Shown: piece after piece, positions 1 through 9,679 of the stretch | How the letters are laid out: the number at the start of each line of letters is the position of its first letter | Numbering within the stretch: position 1 is the stretch's first letter | NCBI GenBank assembly: GCA_963741095.1 | Contig: CAVUGN010000005.1 | Span: 128,001 to 192,000, forward strand | From: an uncultured Candidatus Micrarchaeota archaeon | GTDB taxonomy: Archaea; Micrarchaeota; Micrarchaeia; Micrarchaeales; Micrarchaeaceae | Length of the DNA: 64,000 bases | Direction: 5' to 3' | The notes under the pieces: generated by a model | The model's database searches: none | The model's input: the letters and a program-made list of their open reading frames with translations, nothing else | Told to the model about the DNA's origin: nothing | Program-made: the position numbers and the translations under genes

Positions 1-116
1 TACCAGCTGCAGTTAGGTGGTGACCAAGAGCCTGTCTTTGCGAACATATCCACGGCATCCATTGTCGTAAAGCGGGGTGGATAAAGCCCTCGGTCTTTAA
101 TGGTTAAGTGATAAAA

Positions 117-251
117 ATGGCAAAAAAAAGCAGAGGAGGCAGAATGGAAGCAGCCAAGAAGCGCGCTGCAAAATACGGGAAGGGCTCGAAGAAGTTGCAT
201 CCCCGCATGGTCAAGAACCGACCCGAGGGAAAACACATAATGAAGACTTAG
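117..251 (+). CDS. Small, highly basic 44-aa hypothetical protein (not in the ORF track)
   Basis: Manual translation from ATG 117 to TAG 249-251: MAKKSRGGRMEAAKKRAAKYGKGSKKLHPRMVKNRPEGKHIMKT. GTGA-like RBS and a TTTAAT box lie upstream. Confidence 0.55.
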   Translation: MAKKSRGGRMEAAKKRAAKYGKGSKKLHPRMVKNRPEGKHIMKT

Positions 252-438
252 TACGTATGGAATCCGGGCTGCGGTAATCCACCATCGCCGCAGCACAGGT
301 TCAATATTCCGTGCAGCCGTATTTATAAACAAATCAGATCAGGTGGCACTCTGAAAAATAAGCGACGCTTTCCAATTTATGGGGGTGCGATGCCTACGAA
401 TTTAAATATCCGGCATCAAAAGTAAAATAAGCGATAAA

Positions 439-1185
439 ATGGAAGCCGCAGTAAACAAAAGTCAAGATCCCGCGGTGGCAAATGCGGCACCACTGCAAAA
501 ACTGCCGTTCCAGCTGCAGGACGGGGAAAAAATCATCAGGGAGCTCAAACCCCAATTCCTTGGCTTCATGATATCAAGGGAATTTGGTGGTTATATGGCC
601 CTGCTGGCGCTTGTCATCCTTGCAATCGCCGTTGGCATCATACTGCTGAGCGGCGTGCTCATGGGCTTCCTGAGCTCCGTATTGCTGATCGAGATAAACG
701 AGAGCTTTGTGATCGGGCTGGCCATCATACCAATCACACTGTTCGTGATAATCTCAATAAAACCATTCATTTCATACGGCAAATCATGGTACTGGATCAC
801 AAACAACAGGGTTATAGGAAAGAGGGGGTTCTTGGGTTACAGCATAGACTCAATACCCCTAGAGAATGTGAGCGACGTGGTGCTGTCAAGGACGGTACTG
901 GACAGGCTGCTCGGCCTATCCTCTTTGATAATCGTCCCTATGGCTACTAGTTCAAGAGTGAATGGTGGCCCAGATGAAAGCGCCGAAAACCCCAACTTCT
1001 TCCCGGCATTGCCGCAGAAAATGGCCATGGAGCTGCAGAGAGTGCTATTCAACCTGAGAGACGAGCTAAGAAAGTCCCATGATAGCGCATCCGCCAGCAG
1101 CGGATCTACCCGCACTTCGATGCCCAAGCCCACGAGTTCAGAGCCCGCCCAACCCAAGAGCAATTCCCCAAGGGGGGTGCAATAA
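439..1185 (+). CDS. Membrane protein with a bacterial PH (bPH/DUF304-like) domain
   Basis: Two TM helices followed by YWITNNRVI..RG....SIPLENVSDV.....LDRLLG, a typical bPH_2 pattern. TTTAAATA box at 401-408. Confidence 0.75.
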   Translation: MEAAVNKSQDPAVANAAPLQKLPFQLQDGEKIIRELKPQFLGFMISREFGGYMALLALVILAIAVGIILLSGVLMGFLSSVLLIEINESFVIGLAIIPITLFVIISIKPFISYGKSWYWITNNRVIGKRGFLGYSIDSIPLENVSDVVLSRTVLDRLLGLSSLIIVPMATSSRVNGGPDESAENPNFFPALPQKMAMELQRVLFNLRDELRKSHDSASASSGSTRTSMPKPTSSEPAQPKSNSPRGVQ

Positions 1186-1258
1186 CCGAAATGAAGACGT
1201 CAAAACGACCGCATGATAGCATTTATATGCATTTGTTGTCCAATTCTATTGTGATACC

Positions 1259-1588
1259 ATGGAAAACAATCAGAATCAGCTCAACATCAACCTTTCACAA
1301 TCCAAGATAAAGCCGATATTTGCAGACGAGGTGGCGATAGCGCTCAGGATAAAGGCCTACAAGAACGAGAAGGGCAAGGTGGAGAAGGAGGCGCACTTCA
1401 GCCTGATATTCATAGACATGATGAAGCAGCAGCCCATCGGCGAGTTCGTGATAAACAGGACCACGGCCAAGGCCTTCGCCCAGATCCTGGCGCAGAACAT
1501 AGCTGAACTGGACAAGCAGCTGGCGAACAAGGACATGCCCAAGCCGCCGGAAGTGAAGACGACCGGGGACCAGACCTCGTACAGGTAA
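1259..1588 (+). CDS. DUF3467-like small protein
   Basis: PIFADEV...FSLIFID...VINRTTAKAFAQILAQNI pattern resembles DUF3467. TTTATA box at about 1222. Confidence 0.6.
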   Translation: MENNQNQLNINLSQSKIKPIFADEVAIALRIKAYKNEKGKVEKEAHFSLIFIDMMKQQPIGEFVINRTTAKAFAQILAQNIAELDKQLANKDMPKPPEVKTTGDQTSYR

Positions 1589-1819
1589 AAGGACTTAGAC
1601 AAGTGTCAAACCCCGCAAAAATGCGTATATATCTTCCATTCGTTATAGTATTGAAGGACAAGTAAGTTGGCTGAAAAACAGGAGGTTAAGTTTGCTTGCC
1701 TTCCCTGGTGCGTGCTTTCATGCACCCTTCCGTTCCGGCCCGAAATGTTCTACTTCTTCAACATCGAACGGCAACACAGCCTTTAATATACCCTGCAAAT
1801 AATCCTAAGCGTGCATCCA

Positions 1820-2605
1820 ATGATGAAGTTCGACAGGACAACGAGGCTGAACATAAAGAGCCGGAGCACGCTGTCCGCCGGCTACCTGAACGGCAGGAAG
1901 TTCTTCATCAAAGAATACTCGATAAGGAAGGGCAAGGAAAAAGGCGACCTGCTGAAAGTGAGGTGCGAACAGTTGTGCTACCGCAATCTTGGCACCTCCC
2001 TGAACCTTCCAAGGCTGGCCGAAGCGGATTACAAGAACCGACGCCTCATCCTTGATTTCGTGAAGTTCAGGAACGCGGACGTGTCAAAGAAGACGATAGA
2101 CGACATCATCGGCTTCCAATCCAGGGTCATGAAGCACGTCGACGCATCATTCCTTCCGACTGTCACCTACGCCTATTACGAGACAACGCTCCGCCAGCTT
2201 GCCGCAGAACTGGGGGACAAGGAAATAACAAAACTATCGAAGAACATGTTCAGGCAATTCGAGAAAAACAGGCAGACCATCTCGGAGGCGGAAAAACACT
2301 TCTCGCACGGGGACATGCGCCTCGAAAACGTGAAATACCTGGGCAAAAAGCTGACCGTGATAGACCTGGAGCATTCGCGAAAGGACAACATGATGACTGA
2401 CTTGGCATGCCTGTACGTGGATCTCTACGGGAACAAAAAACTGTCCGATTACCTGATGGGCAGGATCACAGCGATAAAGGAGTTCGACAGGAACCTCTTC
2501 GAGCTCATGCTGCTCAGGAGGTGCATCGAAGTGCTCCACGCCCTGAAGGACAACAAGGATTCCCGCGCCTACAGAATGGCAAAAAGATTGATGATCATCA
2601 TTTAG
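1820..2605 (+). CDS. Aminoglycoside/choline phosphotransferase-like kinase
   Basis: FFIK N-lobe lysine, HGDMRLENV Brenner motif, IDLE (DxE) and DLA. ATG at 1820 is preferred over GTG at 1811. Confidence 0.75.
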   Translation: MMKFDRTTRLNIKSRSTLSAGYLNGRKFFIKEYSIRKGKEKGDLLKVRCEQLCYRNLGTSLNLPRLAEADYKNRRLILDFVKFRNADVSKKTIDDIIGFQSRVMKHVDASFLPTVTYAYYETTLRQLAAELGDKEITKLSKNMFRQFEKNRQTISEAEKHFSHGDMRLENVKYLGKKLTVIDLEHSRKDNMMTDLACLYVDLYGNKKLSDYLMGRITAIKEFDRNLFELMLLRRCIEVLHALKDNKDSRAYRMAKRLMIII

Positions 2606-2712
2606 TGCAAGAGAACGAGAAAAAGTTCGCGTCAAATAAGGTGCTCCTATCGTTCTAGCGTGAAGATTTACCTGTGCCTGAAGAATATTATTTAATACCA
2701 AATAATAAGTAT

Positions 2713-3123
2713 TCAGTTGAACTTATTTCTTTGCGACCATGCGTATATTGCGAAAATAATGACGATTGCTGTCCCTAGGATTATGGCAAAGACCTGCTTG
2801 AAAGAGTTGGTCGGATAAAAACCCGTTAGGATAAGAAGAATTCGCCCGAGAACATCGATGCCAAGAAGTATCATGGCAAGCACTAATTCTCGCTTCTTCA
2901 TTGTCAGAATGAGCAATCCACTGACCACGTAAGAAACGCCGATTGTGACAGATGCATAAGTGGCCACCGCCGTGGTGCTGGTAGAAACTACACTCAAAAA
3001 GTTTCCTGTGAATCCCGTTGTGATCTCAGCAAGACCAAAGAGGATCATAAGCACTGCGACTATTGTAATTCCCTTATGGCGTATCCTATTTTTCGCGTTC
3101 TCACTTGAGATACTCGTAAACAT
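2713..3123 (-). CDS. Small 4-TM membrane protein
   Basis: Four hydrophobic segments. The start at 3123 minimises overlap with the RelE-like gene. Confidence 0.6.
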   Translation of the reverse strand: MFTSISSENAKNRIRHKGITIVAVLMILFGLAEITTGFTGNFLSVVSTSTTAVATYASVTIGVSYVVSGLLILTMKKRELVLAMILLGIDVLGRILLILTGFYPTNSFKQVFAIILGTAIVIIFAIYAWSQRNKFN

Positions 3124-3355
3124 CTTCACGACTTTTAAACATGAGTAATAGAAGTTTGTCTTCTTTTTCCATAATCTGGTAAACAAGACGTTTGTTTTCG
3201 ATACGGATAGAGAACACCTCTTTTAGATGGTGCAGTTGTTTCCCTTTTTTGCCAGAATGCGCAATCTCCGATATTATTTCACCAAGTCTCTGTTTTTCCT
3301 TAGCGGTGAGCTTTTTTATATCCTTGTCAAATTCGCCGGTCTTTTCTACGTCCAT
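3101..3355 (-). CDS. relE: Type II toxin, RelE/ParE family
   Basis: 84 aa. F.KDIKKL...GKQL...FSIRI..KRLVY...REDVY pattern. Lies directly downstream of the antitoxin gene. Confidence 0.75.
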   Translation of the reverse strand: MDVEKTGEFDKDIKKLTAKEKQRLGEIISEIAHSGKKGKQLHHLKEVFSIRIENKRLVYQIMEKEDKLLLLMFKSREDVYEYLK

Positions 3356-3359
3356 GCAC

Positions 3360-3596
3360 TCAGGCGTATTGTTTTAGGATGTATTTGCTAGTCTTTTCCC
3401 TTCCAGAACGAATTTCACTTAACATTTTCTGTGTCGCCTTCTCGTAAAGTTCATCTTCGGTGAGTTTGTGAATTTGGTCGAACTCGAAAAGGGCAAGCCG
3501 TATCGCCTCTGTCTTGGTTTTGGCATAGCCATCCGCAAGCATTTTTTCTATCACTTCTGAAACGTAACCGCTCAGTTCTATGTTTATGTTACTCAC
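3360..3596 (-). CDS. Ribbon-helix-helix antitoxin (CopG/ParD-like)
   Basis: INIEL beta strand, then IEKMLADGYAKTKTEAIRLAL RHH helices. Lies 4 bp upstream of the toxin gene. Confidence 0.7.
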   Translation of the reverse strand: MSNINIELSGYVSEVIEKMLADGYAKTKTEAIRLALFEFDQIHKLTEDELYEKATQKMLSEIRSGREKTSKYILKQYA

Positions 3597-3643
3597 GATA
3601 TCACTTATAAGAATATTATAATGAAATATTATAAATATCTTTC

Positions 3644-3718
3644 TGCTCCCATCGGGATTTGAACCCGAGTTTTAAGGTTGAAAGCCTCATATCCTTGGCC
3701 AGGCTAGATGATGGGAGC
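3644..3718 (-). tRNA. tRNA-Glu(TTC)
   Basis: Reverse complement GCTCCCA..TAGCCTGGCCAAGGATATGAGG-CTTTCAA-CCTTA..GGTTCAAATCC..TGGGAGC-A folds as a cloverleaf with anticodon TTC. No encoded CCA. Confidence 0.95.
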
Positions 3719-3725
3719 CATTTGT

Positions 3726-4181
3726 TCAGAGCCATACGTTGTTGCAAAGCATTATTCCGTAGGTCGCGTAATTCACCATGTCCATTATGGTGTCTTCGAC
3801 CTTCTCATCCAAGACCAGCGCGGTGTTGCCCTCCTTGAGCAGGTTGACCGCCCTTGAGATCTTGTCGTTCAGCCGCACTATCAGGCCGACGACGCCGTAC
3901 TTGAGTATGTTGACCGAGCCGTAGTCCCTGTTCTTGGCTATGCCTATCTTGTATGAGGCGTCCAGCACGTCCTTGACCTCGTGCTTGTACCTGGTGCTCA
4001 GCAGCGAGAGGGCGCCGTTCCTGACACCGTAGAAGACCGCCGCGTTGTCCTTCGCGGGCTTGGTCCCGGCCATTATCTCCTTGAAGTACTTCTGCAGTGC
4101 GGCCTCTGCCTCCGCCAGCGTGTAGCCGTCCTTCGCGTCGACGCCGTCGTACAGAAACCTCTTGAAATTCTCGTCCCACAT
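3726..4181 (-). CDS. DUF1599 / nucleotide-modification-associated domain (Nmad1-like) protein
   Basis: KNRDYG...RLNDKISR...EKVEDTIMDMVNY motif set characteristic of DUF1599. Confidence 0.8.
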   Translation of the reverse strand: MWDENFKRFLYDGVDAKDGYTLAEAEAALQKYFKEIMAGTKPAKDNAAVFYGVRNGALSLLSTRYKHEVKDVLDASYKIGIAKNRDYGSVNILKYGVVGLIVRLNDKISRAVNLLKEGNTALVLDEKVEDTIMDMVNYATYGIMLCNNVWL

Positions 4182-4244
4182 GCTACCGATTATCTCTTAG
4201 GCAGAAAGGTATAAAGTGCTTGTTGTAAAAGTTTCTGTGATAAC

Positions 4245-4784
4245 ATGATACTATCTGACGTCGACCTGATGGATGCGATCAAGAACAAGCGATTGGTGCT
4301 CACGCCCTTCTCCGCTGACACGGTACGGGAGAACGGGATAGACCTCAGGCTGGCCGATGAGATAGCCAGGCACGACGGGACAGGCAAGGATTTCGTGATG
4401 GACCCGACCGACGACAGCAGCATAACAAAGTGCTACAGGATAGAGAAGAATCTTGGCACGATGGTGCTGAAGCCCGGGGAGCACGTCCTGCTTTCGACGC
4501 ACGAGTACATGGAGATGCCTGACGATCTTGTTGGATTCATAGAATTGAGGAGCACTTGGGCGAGGCACGGGCTGTCACTGCCGCCCACGATCATAGACGC
4601 CGGCTTCAAGGGCACGGTCACGCTTGCAGTCTCCAACAACGCCTCTTACAGCATTGCGCTGAAGCCGCAGCAGAGGTTCGCCCACATTGTCTTCGTGAAG
4701 ACGAGCAGCAAGGTCAAGAAGCCTTATGCCGGAGGGTACTTCGAACAGAGAGGGATCAAGATACCGAAGGCAGTGAAGGGCTGA
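4245..4784 (+). CDS. dcd: dCTP deaminase
   Basis: MILSD, GIDLRL, RSTWARHGL, IDAGFKG, YAGGY..Q.G motifs. Confidence 0.92.
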   Translation: MILSDVDLMDAIKNKRLVLTPFSADTVRENGIDLRLADEIARHDGTGKDFVMDPTDDSSITKCYRIEKNLGTMVLKPGEHVLLSTHEYMEMPDDLVGFIELRSTWARHGLSLPPTIIDAGFKGTVTLAVSNNASYSIALKPQQRFAHIVFVKTSSKVKKPYAGGYFEQRGIKIPKAVKG

Positions 4785-4786
4785 TC

Positions 4787-5233
4787 TTACAAGAGAGAAG
4801 CCTCTTTTGCCTCCTTTTCCGCCATTCCCAGGACCTTTGCGCCCTCATCAAGCTGGTTGTTGTTGAGGAGATCGACAGCCGCAGCCGCGAACTCCTTGGC
4901 CGCGCTGGAACCGAGCGCTTTCACCTCCTTATTGGCGTGTCCCAGCTCCTTGGCGATTCTGGCGGCGCGCATGAAGGCGAGCGCGGCCTGATGATCAAGA
5001 CCTTTTGCCATCCTGTCAGCAGCGTATTCTGTATCATGAGTTAGTATCTTTTCGGCGATTTGCCTGGCCAGCTCGCCGTCCTTTGGGCTCAGCTTGGGGT
5101 CTTTTGAGGTACCGGAGGTCTCCGTGAGCCTCACAGTCTCCCTTATGACGTCAAGGGGCACGCCGCGAAGCATCTCGTTGAGGAAGGACATGTCTCCCCT
5201 GCTCCCGGTCACGATTGATTTCTCATTGAGCAT
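4787..5233 (-). CDS. Hypothetical helical protein
   Basis: 148-aa ORF filling the gap between dcd and sua5. No recognised motif. Confidence 0.6.
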   Translation of the reverse strand: MLNEKSIVTGSRGDMSFLNEMLRGVPLDVIRETVRLTETSGTSKDPKLSPKDGELARQIAEKILTHDTEYAADRMAKGLDHQAALAFMRAARIAKELGHANKEVKALGSSAAKEFAAAAVDLLNNNQLDEGAKVLGMAEKEAKEASLL

Positions 5234-5267
5234 GATCTCATCAGATTACGCTCAGATTAAGAGATAT

Positions 5268-6344
5268 TTATTGATTCTGTACAGCCTTTCCGTCTATAAA
5301 GCGGTCCAGTTCGGCCCTTGACCGCAGGCAGGCGTATGATGCCTTCGTTATCCTGTTCATGATTGCAAGGCCTATGCCGCGCTCGGGGAAGGTCTGTATC
5401 AGGCCCATTCGCGCACCCGTCCGGTCGAGCAGCCGGAATGAGTCGAAGAGGTTTTTGGCAATCTCGTAGGGGCTTTTCTCGCTACCCAGCCTTATCGCCT
5501 TCACGTTCCTGAGTTTAAGGCTCTTTGCCATCTCGTCGCTGCACAGGACCGCTATCTTCCAGTCTTTTGAGAGCCTTTTTGCGCCCTCCAGGAGCAGTTG
5601 CCTGCCGTCTATCGCCACGAGCCTTGTTCTGGGCGCATAGTGCCTGTACTTCATCCCTGGTGCTATTACCGCGCCCTTATGCTGCCTGTTGATACCCTTC
5701 GGCACCCTTATCTTTCCCAGATGCCTCTCAAGCTCCTCTACGGTGAAGGCACCGGGCCTAAGAAGCACGAACGGCCTCCTTGTCATGTCTATTATAGTGG
5801 ATTCCACGCCGAATTCGGTGTCTCCCCCGTCTATTATCAGGTCAGCCTTCCCGTCGAGGTCCTGTACGACATGCTCGGCCCTCGTGGGGCTCGGTCTGGT
5901 CGAAAGATTGGCGCTTGGAGCGGCTATGGGCACCCCGCTTGCCTCTATTAGACGTAGCGCGATGGGGTGGGCTGGCATCCTCACTGCCACGGTCTTCAAT
6001 CCCGCTGTTGCTGCTTTAGATATCCTGGCGTTCTTCTTCAGTATCAGCGTCACCGGCCCTGGCCAGACTATCCTGGCGGACTTCAGCACGGACCCGCTTA
6101 TGCCCTCGGCAACATCGTGCAGCTGCCTGATGCTGCAGATGTGCACTATCAGCGGGTTGTCGGCGGGCCTGCCCTTTATCCTGAATATCGACATGCATGC
6201 TTTTTGATCGAAGGCGTTCGCTCCGATGCCGTAGACAGTCTCGGTAGGAAAGGCCACGGTCCCCCCTGCCTTTATGACCTTCGCTGCCTTTTTTATCCTC
6301 TCGGCCTGCGGATTGATTGGATTTATCCTTATTACCTCCGTCAT
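5268..6344 (-). CDS. sua5: L-threonylcarbamoyladenylate synthase (Sua5: YrdC domain plus SUA5 domain)
   Basis: FPTETVYGIG, KGRPADNPLIVH, APSANLS, ESTIID and PGMKYRHYAP motifs. Confidence 0.95.
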   Translation of the reverse strand: MTEVIRINPINPQAERIKKAAKVIKAGGTVAFPTETVYGIGANAFDQKACMSIFRIKGRPADNPLIVHICSIRQLHDVAEGISGSVLKSARIVWPGPVTLILKKNARISKAATAGLKTVAVRMPAHPIALRLIEASGVPIAAPSANLSTRPSPTRAEHVVQDLDGKADLIIDGGDTEFGVESTIIDMTRRPFVLLRPGAFTVEELERHLGKIRVPKGINRQHKGAVIAPGMKYRHYAPRTRLVAIDGRQLLLEGAKRLSKDWKIAVLCSDEMAKSLKLRNVKAIRLGSEKSPYEIAKNLFDSFRLLDRTGARMGLIQTFPERGIGLAIMNRITKASYACLRSRAELDRFIDGKAVQNQ

Positions 6345-6406
6345 CAGTAACACTTGCCGCAGCAAAGTAATTTTATTGTTTCTGTGGCTATAATAATGAT
6401 GGTTTA

Positions 6407-6934
6407 ATGGGAGTGGATCAAGGAGAGATTAATGCCGCAAGGAGCGTGCTCTGGCCGGACGAGAAGGTCGAGCTGACAGTCACCCAGAGAAGGATCGGGC
6501 CCGGCGGCTCGGTGACAACGCCGACGACAGTGCTCACGACGGACAAAAGGCTGATAATACTCAACCGGGCTTCGATGGGCATGAGGAAGGACTACGAGGT
6601 GATACCGTACAGGCAGATAACCAGCGTGAGGCTGGAGCACGGCATCATATCCTCTTCCGTTTTCATACGAGTCCAGGGCTACGACAGGGACCAAGGACTA
6701 CTGAAGAACGGCAAGGAGGAGGGGGAGATAGACGGCCTGAGGAACAGCGACGCGAAGGCGCTTGCCGATTATCTCAGCAAGAGGCAGGAGCAGATCGAGC
6801 AGGTGGCGGAAGGGGACGAGCCGCAGGGCCAGCCGGACAACGGCATGGGCGCCTACGTCTATTGCAGCAAGTGCGGCACGAAGGACAACGCCGGAGCCAA
6901 GTTCTGCAGCAAGTGCGGCGCCAAGCTCGAATGA
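6407..6934 (+). CDS. PH-domain protein with C-terminal zinc ribbon
   Basis: LTTDKRLII...IPYRQITSV PH core. C-terminal YCSKCG...AKFCSKCGAKL. Confidence 0.8.
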   Translation: MGVDQGEINAARSVLWPDEKVELTVTQRRIGPGGSVTTPTTVLTTDKRLIILNRASMGMRKDYEVIPYRQITSVRLEHGIISSSVFIRVQGYDRDQGLLKNGKEEGEIDGLRNSDAKALADYLSKRQEQIEQVAEGDEPQGQPDNGMGAYVYCSKCGTKDNAGAKFCSKCGAKLE

Positions 6935-6974
6935 CGCCTTTTTATTCTTTTTTACCGTTTCTTGATATGGTTCA

Positions 6975-7520
6975 ATGAAAAAGCAGTTCCTGGTCTTTGC
7001 AGGACTCGTCCTGTTTGCGGCGGCGCTGTTTGTCCTGGAGTCCCATCTGTGCATAGCCAACAAGGATTGCAGCCTTAACTTCGCCCCCGCGCATCCCCAC
7101 TACGGGCCATCGATAGTGCTTTACGTATGGAGTCTGGCTCGCGGGACTCAGACGACCTACGACGTCTACACCGCCCAGACCCCCGGAGAGCTGCTGGACG
7201 GGCTGATGAATTATAAGTTCAACTGCACCCTGCCGAGCGCGTGCATAAACGGCATGATGTTCTTTTTCCCGAACGAATCGCAGCAGTGCTTCTGGATGAA
7301 GGACACCCCGGAGCCGCTGGAGCAGGCATGGTTCAACGCGAATGGGGTGGTGACCGCGGTGTACAACGCCACCCCCAATGACACAACAACGGTCTGCCAC
7401 GAGGGCAATGCGGTGCTCGAATTGTACCACAACATATCCGAACAAGTGCAGGTGGGCGATTACCTGCCGCCCGGAGGGATTTCTGCCATAAGGGACCAGC
7501 TCGTGGGCAAGATCCCGTGA
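6975..7520 (+). CDS. DUF192 family exported protein
   Basis: N-terminal hydrophobic signal, then GLM...GMMFFF...FWMKDTPEPL...VLEL. Confidence 0.85.
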   Translation: MKKQFLVFAGLVLFAAALFVLESHLCIANKDCSLNFAPAHPHYGPSIVLYVWSLARGTQTTYDVYTAQTPGELLDGLMNYKFNCTLPSACINGMMFFFPNESQQCFWMKDTPEPLEQAWFNANGVVTAVYNATPNDTTTVCHEGNAVLELYHNISEQVQVGDYLPPGGISAIRDQLVGKIP

Positions 7521-7566
7521 TCGGGGCAATGCCGTTGGTACAAACGGCGTATAAAGAATCCGGTGA

Positions 7567-8529
7567 ATGAGAGATTGCATTGATCAAAAGGTGCTAGCGA
7601 TGGACTTTCTAGAAGAACTGAGATTTCTGAAGGAGCAGCTGAGCTTCCGCGAGACGATAAAAAACATCAATTACGAAAAGGTTGTCTTGGCGGGGATGGG
7701 GAGTTCGGGCATAGCGGGCAGGATATTCCAAGAGCTGTACACGGAGAAGCCCACCTTCCTTGTCGATGATTACCGTGTACCGGGATTCGTTGACTCGAAG
7801 ACTCTTTTCATAGCGATAAGCTATTCCGGAAACACAGAGGAGACGCTGACCGCGACCGCAGCTGCGAGGGAGCGCGGAGCCAGGATAGCTGTGATAAGCT
7901 CTGGAGGAAAGCTGCAGGGAAGGGGCGACGAGAACATACTGATACCAAGGTCTGATTTCCAGCCGAGGGCCGCGATGGGCTGGCTGCTCATGCCGCTCCT
8001 GACGAGTTTCAAGGTCTGCACGGAGAGCGACCTCAAGCGCACGTATGAGCTGCTCTCGGAACTTGACAAGAACAACGAGGAATGCAGAAAACATGCAGAA
8101 GCCATATGGAAAGACAAGAGCCTGCCCTTGATCTACGCCTCGTCGCCTTTCAGGGGCGTTGCCTACAGGTGGAAGGCGCAGTTCAACGAGAACGCTAAGG
8201 TCCTCTCGTACGCGAACTACTTCCCGGAGCTGAGCCACAACGAGACCATGGCGCTGTCGAAGACTTATAGGAAGGAGCTCTTCTACTTCTTCGTCCTTGG
8301 CTCGGAGTATCCGGAGATAGGAAGGAGGGTGGATCTTACAAGCAGCATGACTAACACGGATTTCCACACGGTTGAGCCGAAGGGAAAGAGCATGACTGAG
8401 AAGACCTTCTACTTGATCCATTACGGCGACTATGTCACCTACCACCTGGGTAAATTGAAGAATGAGGATCCGGCAGACTGGAGCCTGGTGGAAGACCTGA
8501 AAAAGAAGCTTGCAGAAAAGGCCCCATGA
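7567..8529 (+). CDS. Bifunctional phosphoglucose/phosphomannose isomerase (SIS domains)
   Basis: GMGSSG, SYSGNTEET, QPRAA, RWKAQFNENAK and PELSHNE motifs. The start may be 7600. Confidence 0.9.
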   Translation: MRDCIDQKVLAMDFLEELRFLKEQLSFRETIKNINYEKVVLAGMGSSGIAGRIFQELYTEKPTFLVDDYRVPGFVDSKTLFIAISYSGNTEETLTATAAARERGARIAVISSGGKLQGRGDENILIPRSDFQPRAAMGWLLMPLLTSFKVCTESDLKRTYELLSELDKNNEECRKHAEAIWKDKSLPLIYASSPFRGVAYRWKAQFNENAKVLSYANYFPELSHNETMALSKTYRKELFYFFVLGSEYPEIGRRVDLTSSMTNTDFHTVEPKGKSMTEKTFYLIHYGDYVTYHLGKLKNEDPADWSLVEDLKKKLAEKAP

Positions 8530-8547
8530 AGTCCATGGGGTGCAGGA

Positions 8548-9483
8548 TCATTTCTTGCTGTTGTAGTGCTCGAGCAGCTTCGCTATCCCCTGGTCCAGGG
8601 AGTATTGCGCCGTGAAGCCCAGCTTCTCCCTGGCCTTCGTCGTGTCCGCCTGGGTGTGCTCGACGTAGTTCTTCAGCGGGTTGATTACGTACTTGGGCTT
8701 TATCTCCTTGCCCATCTGCTTGCCGAGTATCATTATCATCTCGTTTATCGTGTAGGCCCTTCCCCTGCCGGCGTTGAAGATCTCGAACTTGTCGAAGTCC
8801 TTCATCGCCGCGAGCTCAAGAGCATGGACGGTATCGTCGACATAGGTGAAGTCCCTTGTCTGGCTCCCGTCGCCGTAGATGACCGGGTCCTCGCCCTTCT
8901 GCGCGGCCCACATGAACTGGGTGACGAGGTTGGCATACTTGCCCTTGTACTCCTCGTTCTTTCCGTAGACCGAGAAAAATCTAACCGCCACGGCGTTGAG
9001 CTTGTCGAGCTTTCCGTACAGCTCCGCCAGCCTTTCGACGTTCAGTCGCGCCTCGGTGTAGAAATCTGTAACTAGCGGGACCATGTCCTCCCTGTGCGGA
9101 GGCAGCTGCCCGTTGTATATGGATGAGGACGAAGCTATGACCACCTTCGCGCCCTTCTTGACGCAGAACTCGTACATGCTGACCGCCCCGTCGACAACCT
9201 CGCCCACGAAGTGCCTGTTCGCGCCGTACATCGGAGTCGAAGAGTACATTCCAAGATGGAAGACCACGTCCGGGTTGAGGTCGTAGTTTCCTATGTTGCG
9301 CGCATCGTCCTTTATCAGGGTTGCGCCTTCCTTGAGTATGCCCTTTATGTTATTCTCGTTTCCGGTGTGTATCTTGTCTATGATCGTTATCTCGTTCTCC
9401 TTCGCCAGATGCTCGGCCAGGTTGCTCCCTATGAAGCCGGCACCGCCGGTTACGATGATTTTTAGTCCCTTCAATTCTCTCAA
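8548..9483 (-). CDS. NAD-dependent epimerase/dehydratase (UDP-sugar 4-epimerase-like)
   Basis: TGGAGFIG, ASSSSIY and YGDGSQTRDFTYVDD motifs. Confidence 0.92.
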   Translation of the reverse strand: MRELKGLKIIVTGGAGFIGSNLAEHLAKENEITIIDKIHTGNENNIKGILKEGATLIKDDARNIGNYDLNPDVVFHLGMYSSTPMYGANRHFVGEVVDGAVSMYEFCVKKGAKVVIASSSSIYNGQLPPHREDMVPLVTDFYTEARLNVERLAELYGKLDKLNAVAVRFFSVYGKNEEYKGKYANLVTQFMWAAQKGEDPVIYGDGSQTRDFTYVDDTVHALELAAMKDFDKFEIFNAGRGRAYTINEMIMILGKQMGKEIKPKYVINPLKNYVEHTQADTTKAREKLGFTAQYSLDQGIAKLLEHYNSKK

Positions 9484-9679
9484 TCAAACACCGTTGTCGC
9501 CAGCCAGCCCCGTCGGATGACCAGACACTGTATGTATGGTTTTCTATGTTTAAAATTGTTTCTTTTCGCTTCTTTGACCGTCATGATCGCCCTTTCCGTA
9601 CCGCATTTTACTATCTTCATCCGAGATATTTATGCATTTCGTCTCGAAATCGCCGCCGAAATGGGGTATTAAAAGCCTT

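Noticed and set aside
1-116. Possible structured ncRNA at the window start
   Set aside because: Only short stems are present. Bases 1-84 read as the 3' end of an upstream ORF, and no RNA family is recognisable.
2641-2647. TGCTCC match to the tRNA-Glu 3' end as an att site
   Set aside because: A 6-bp match is not significant.
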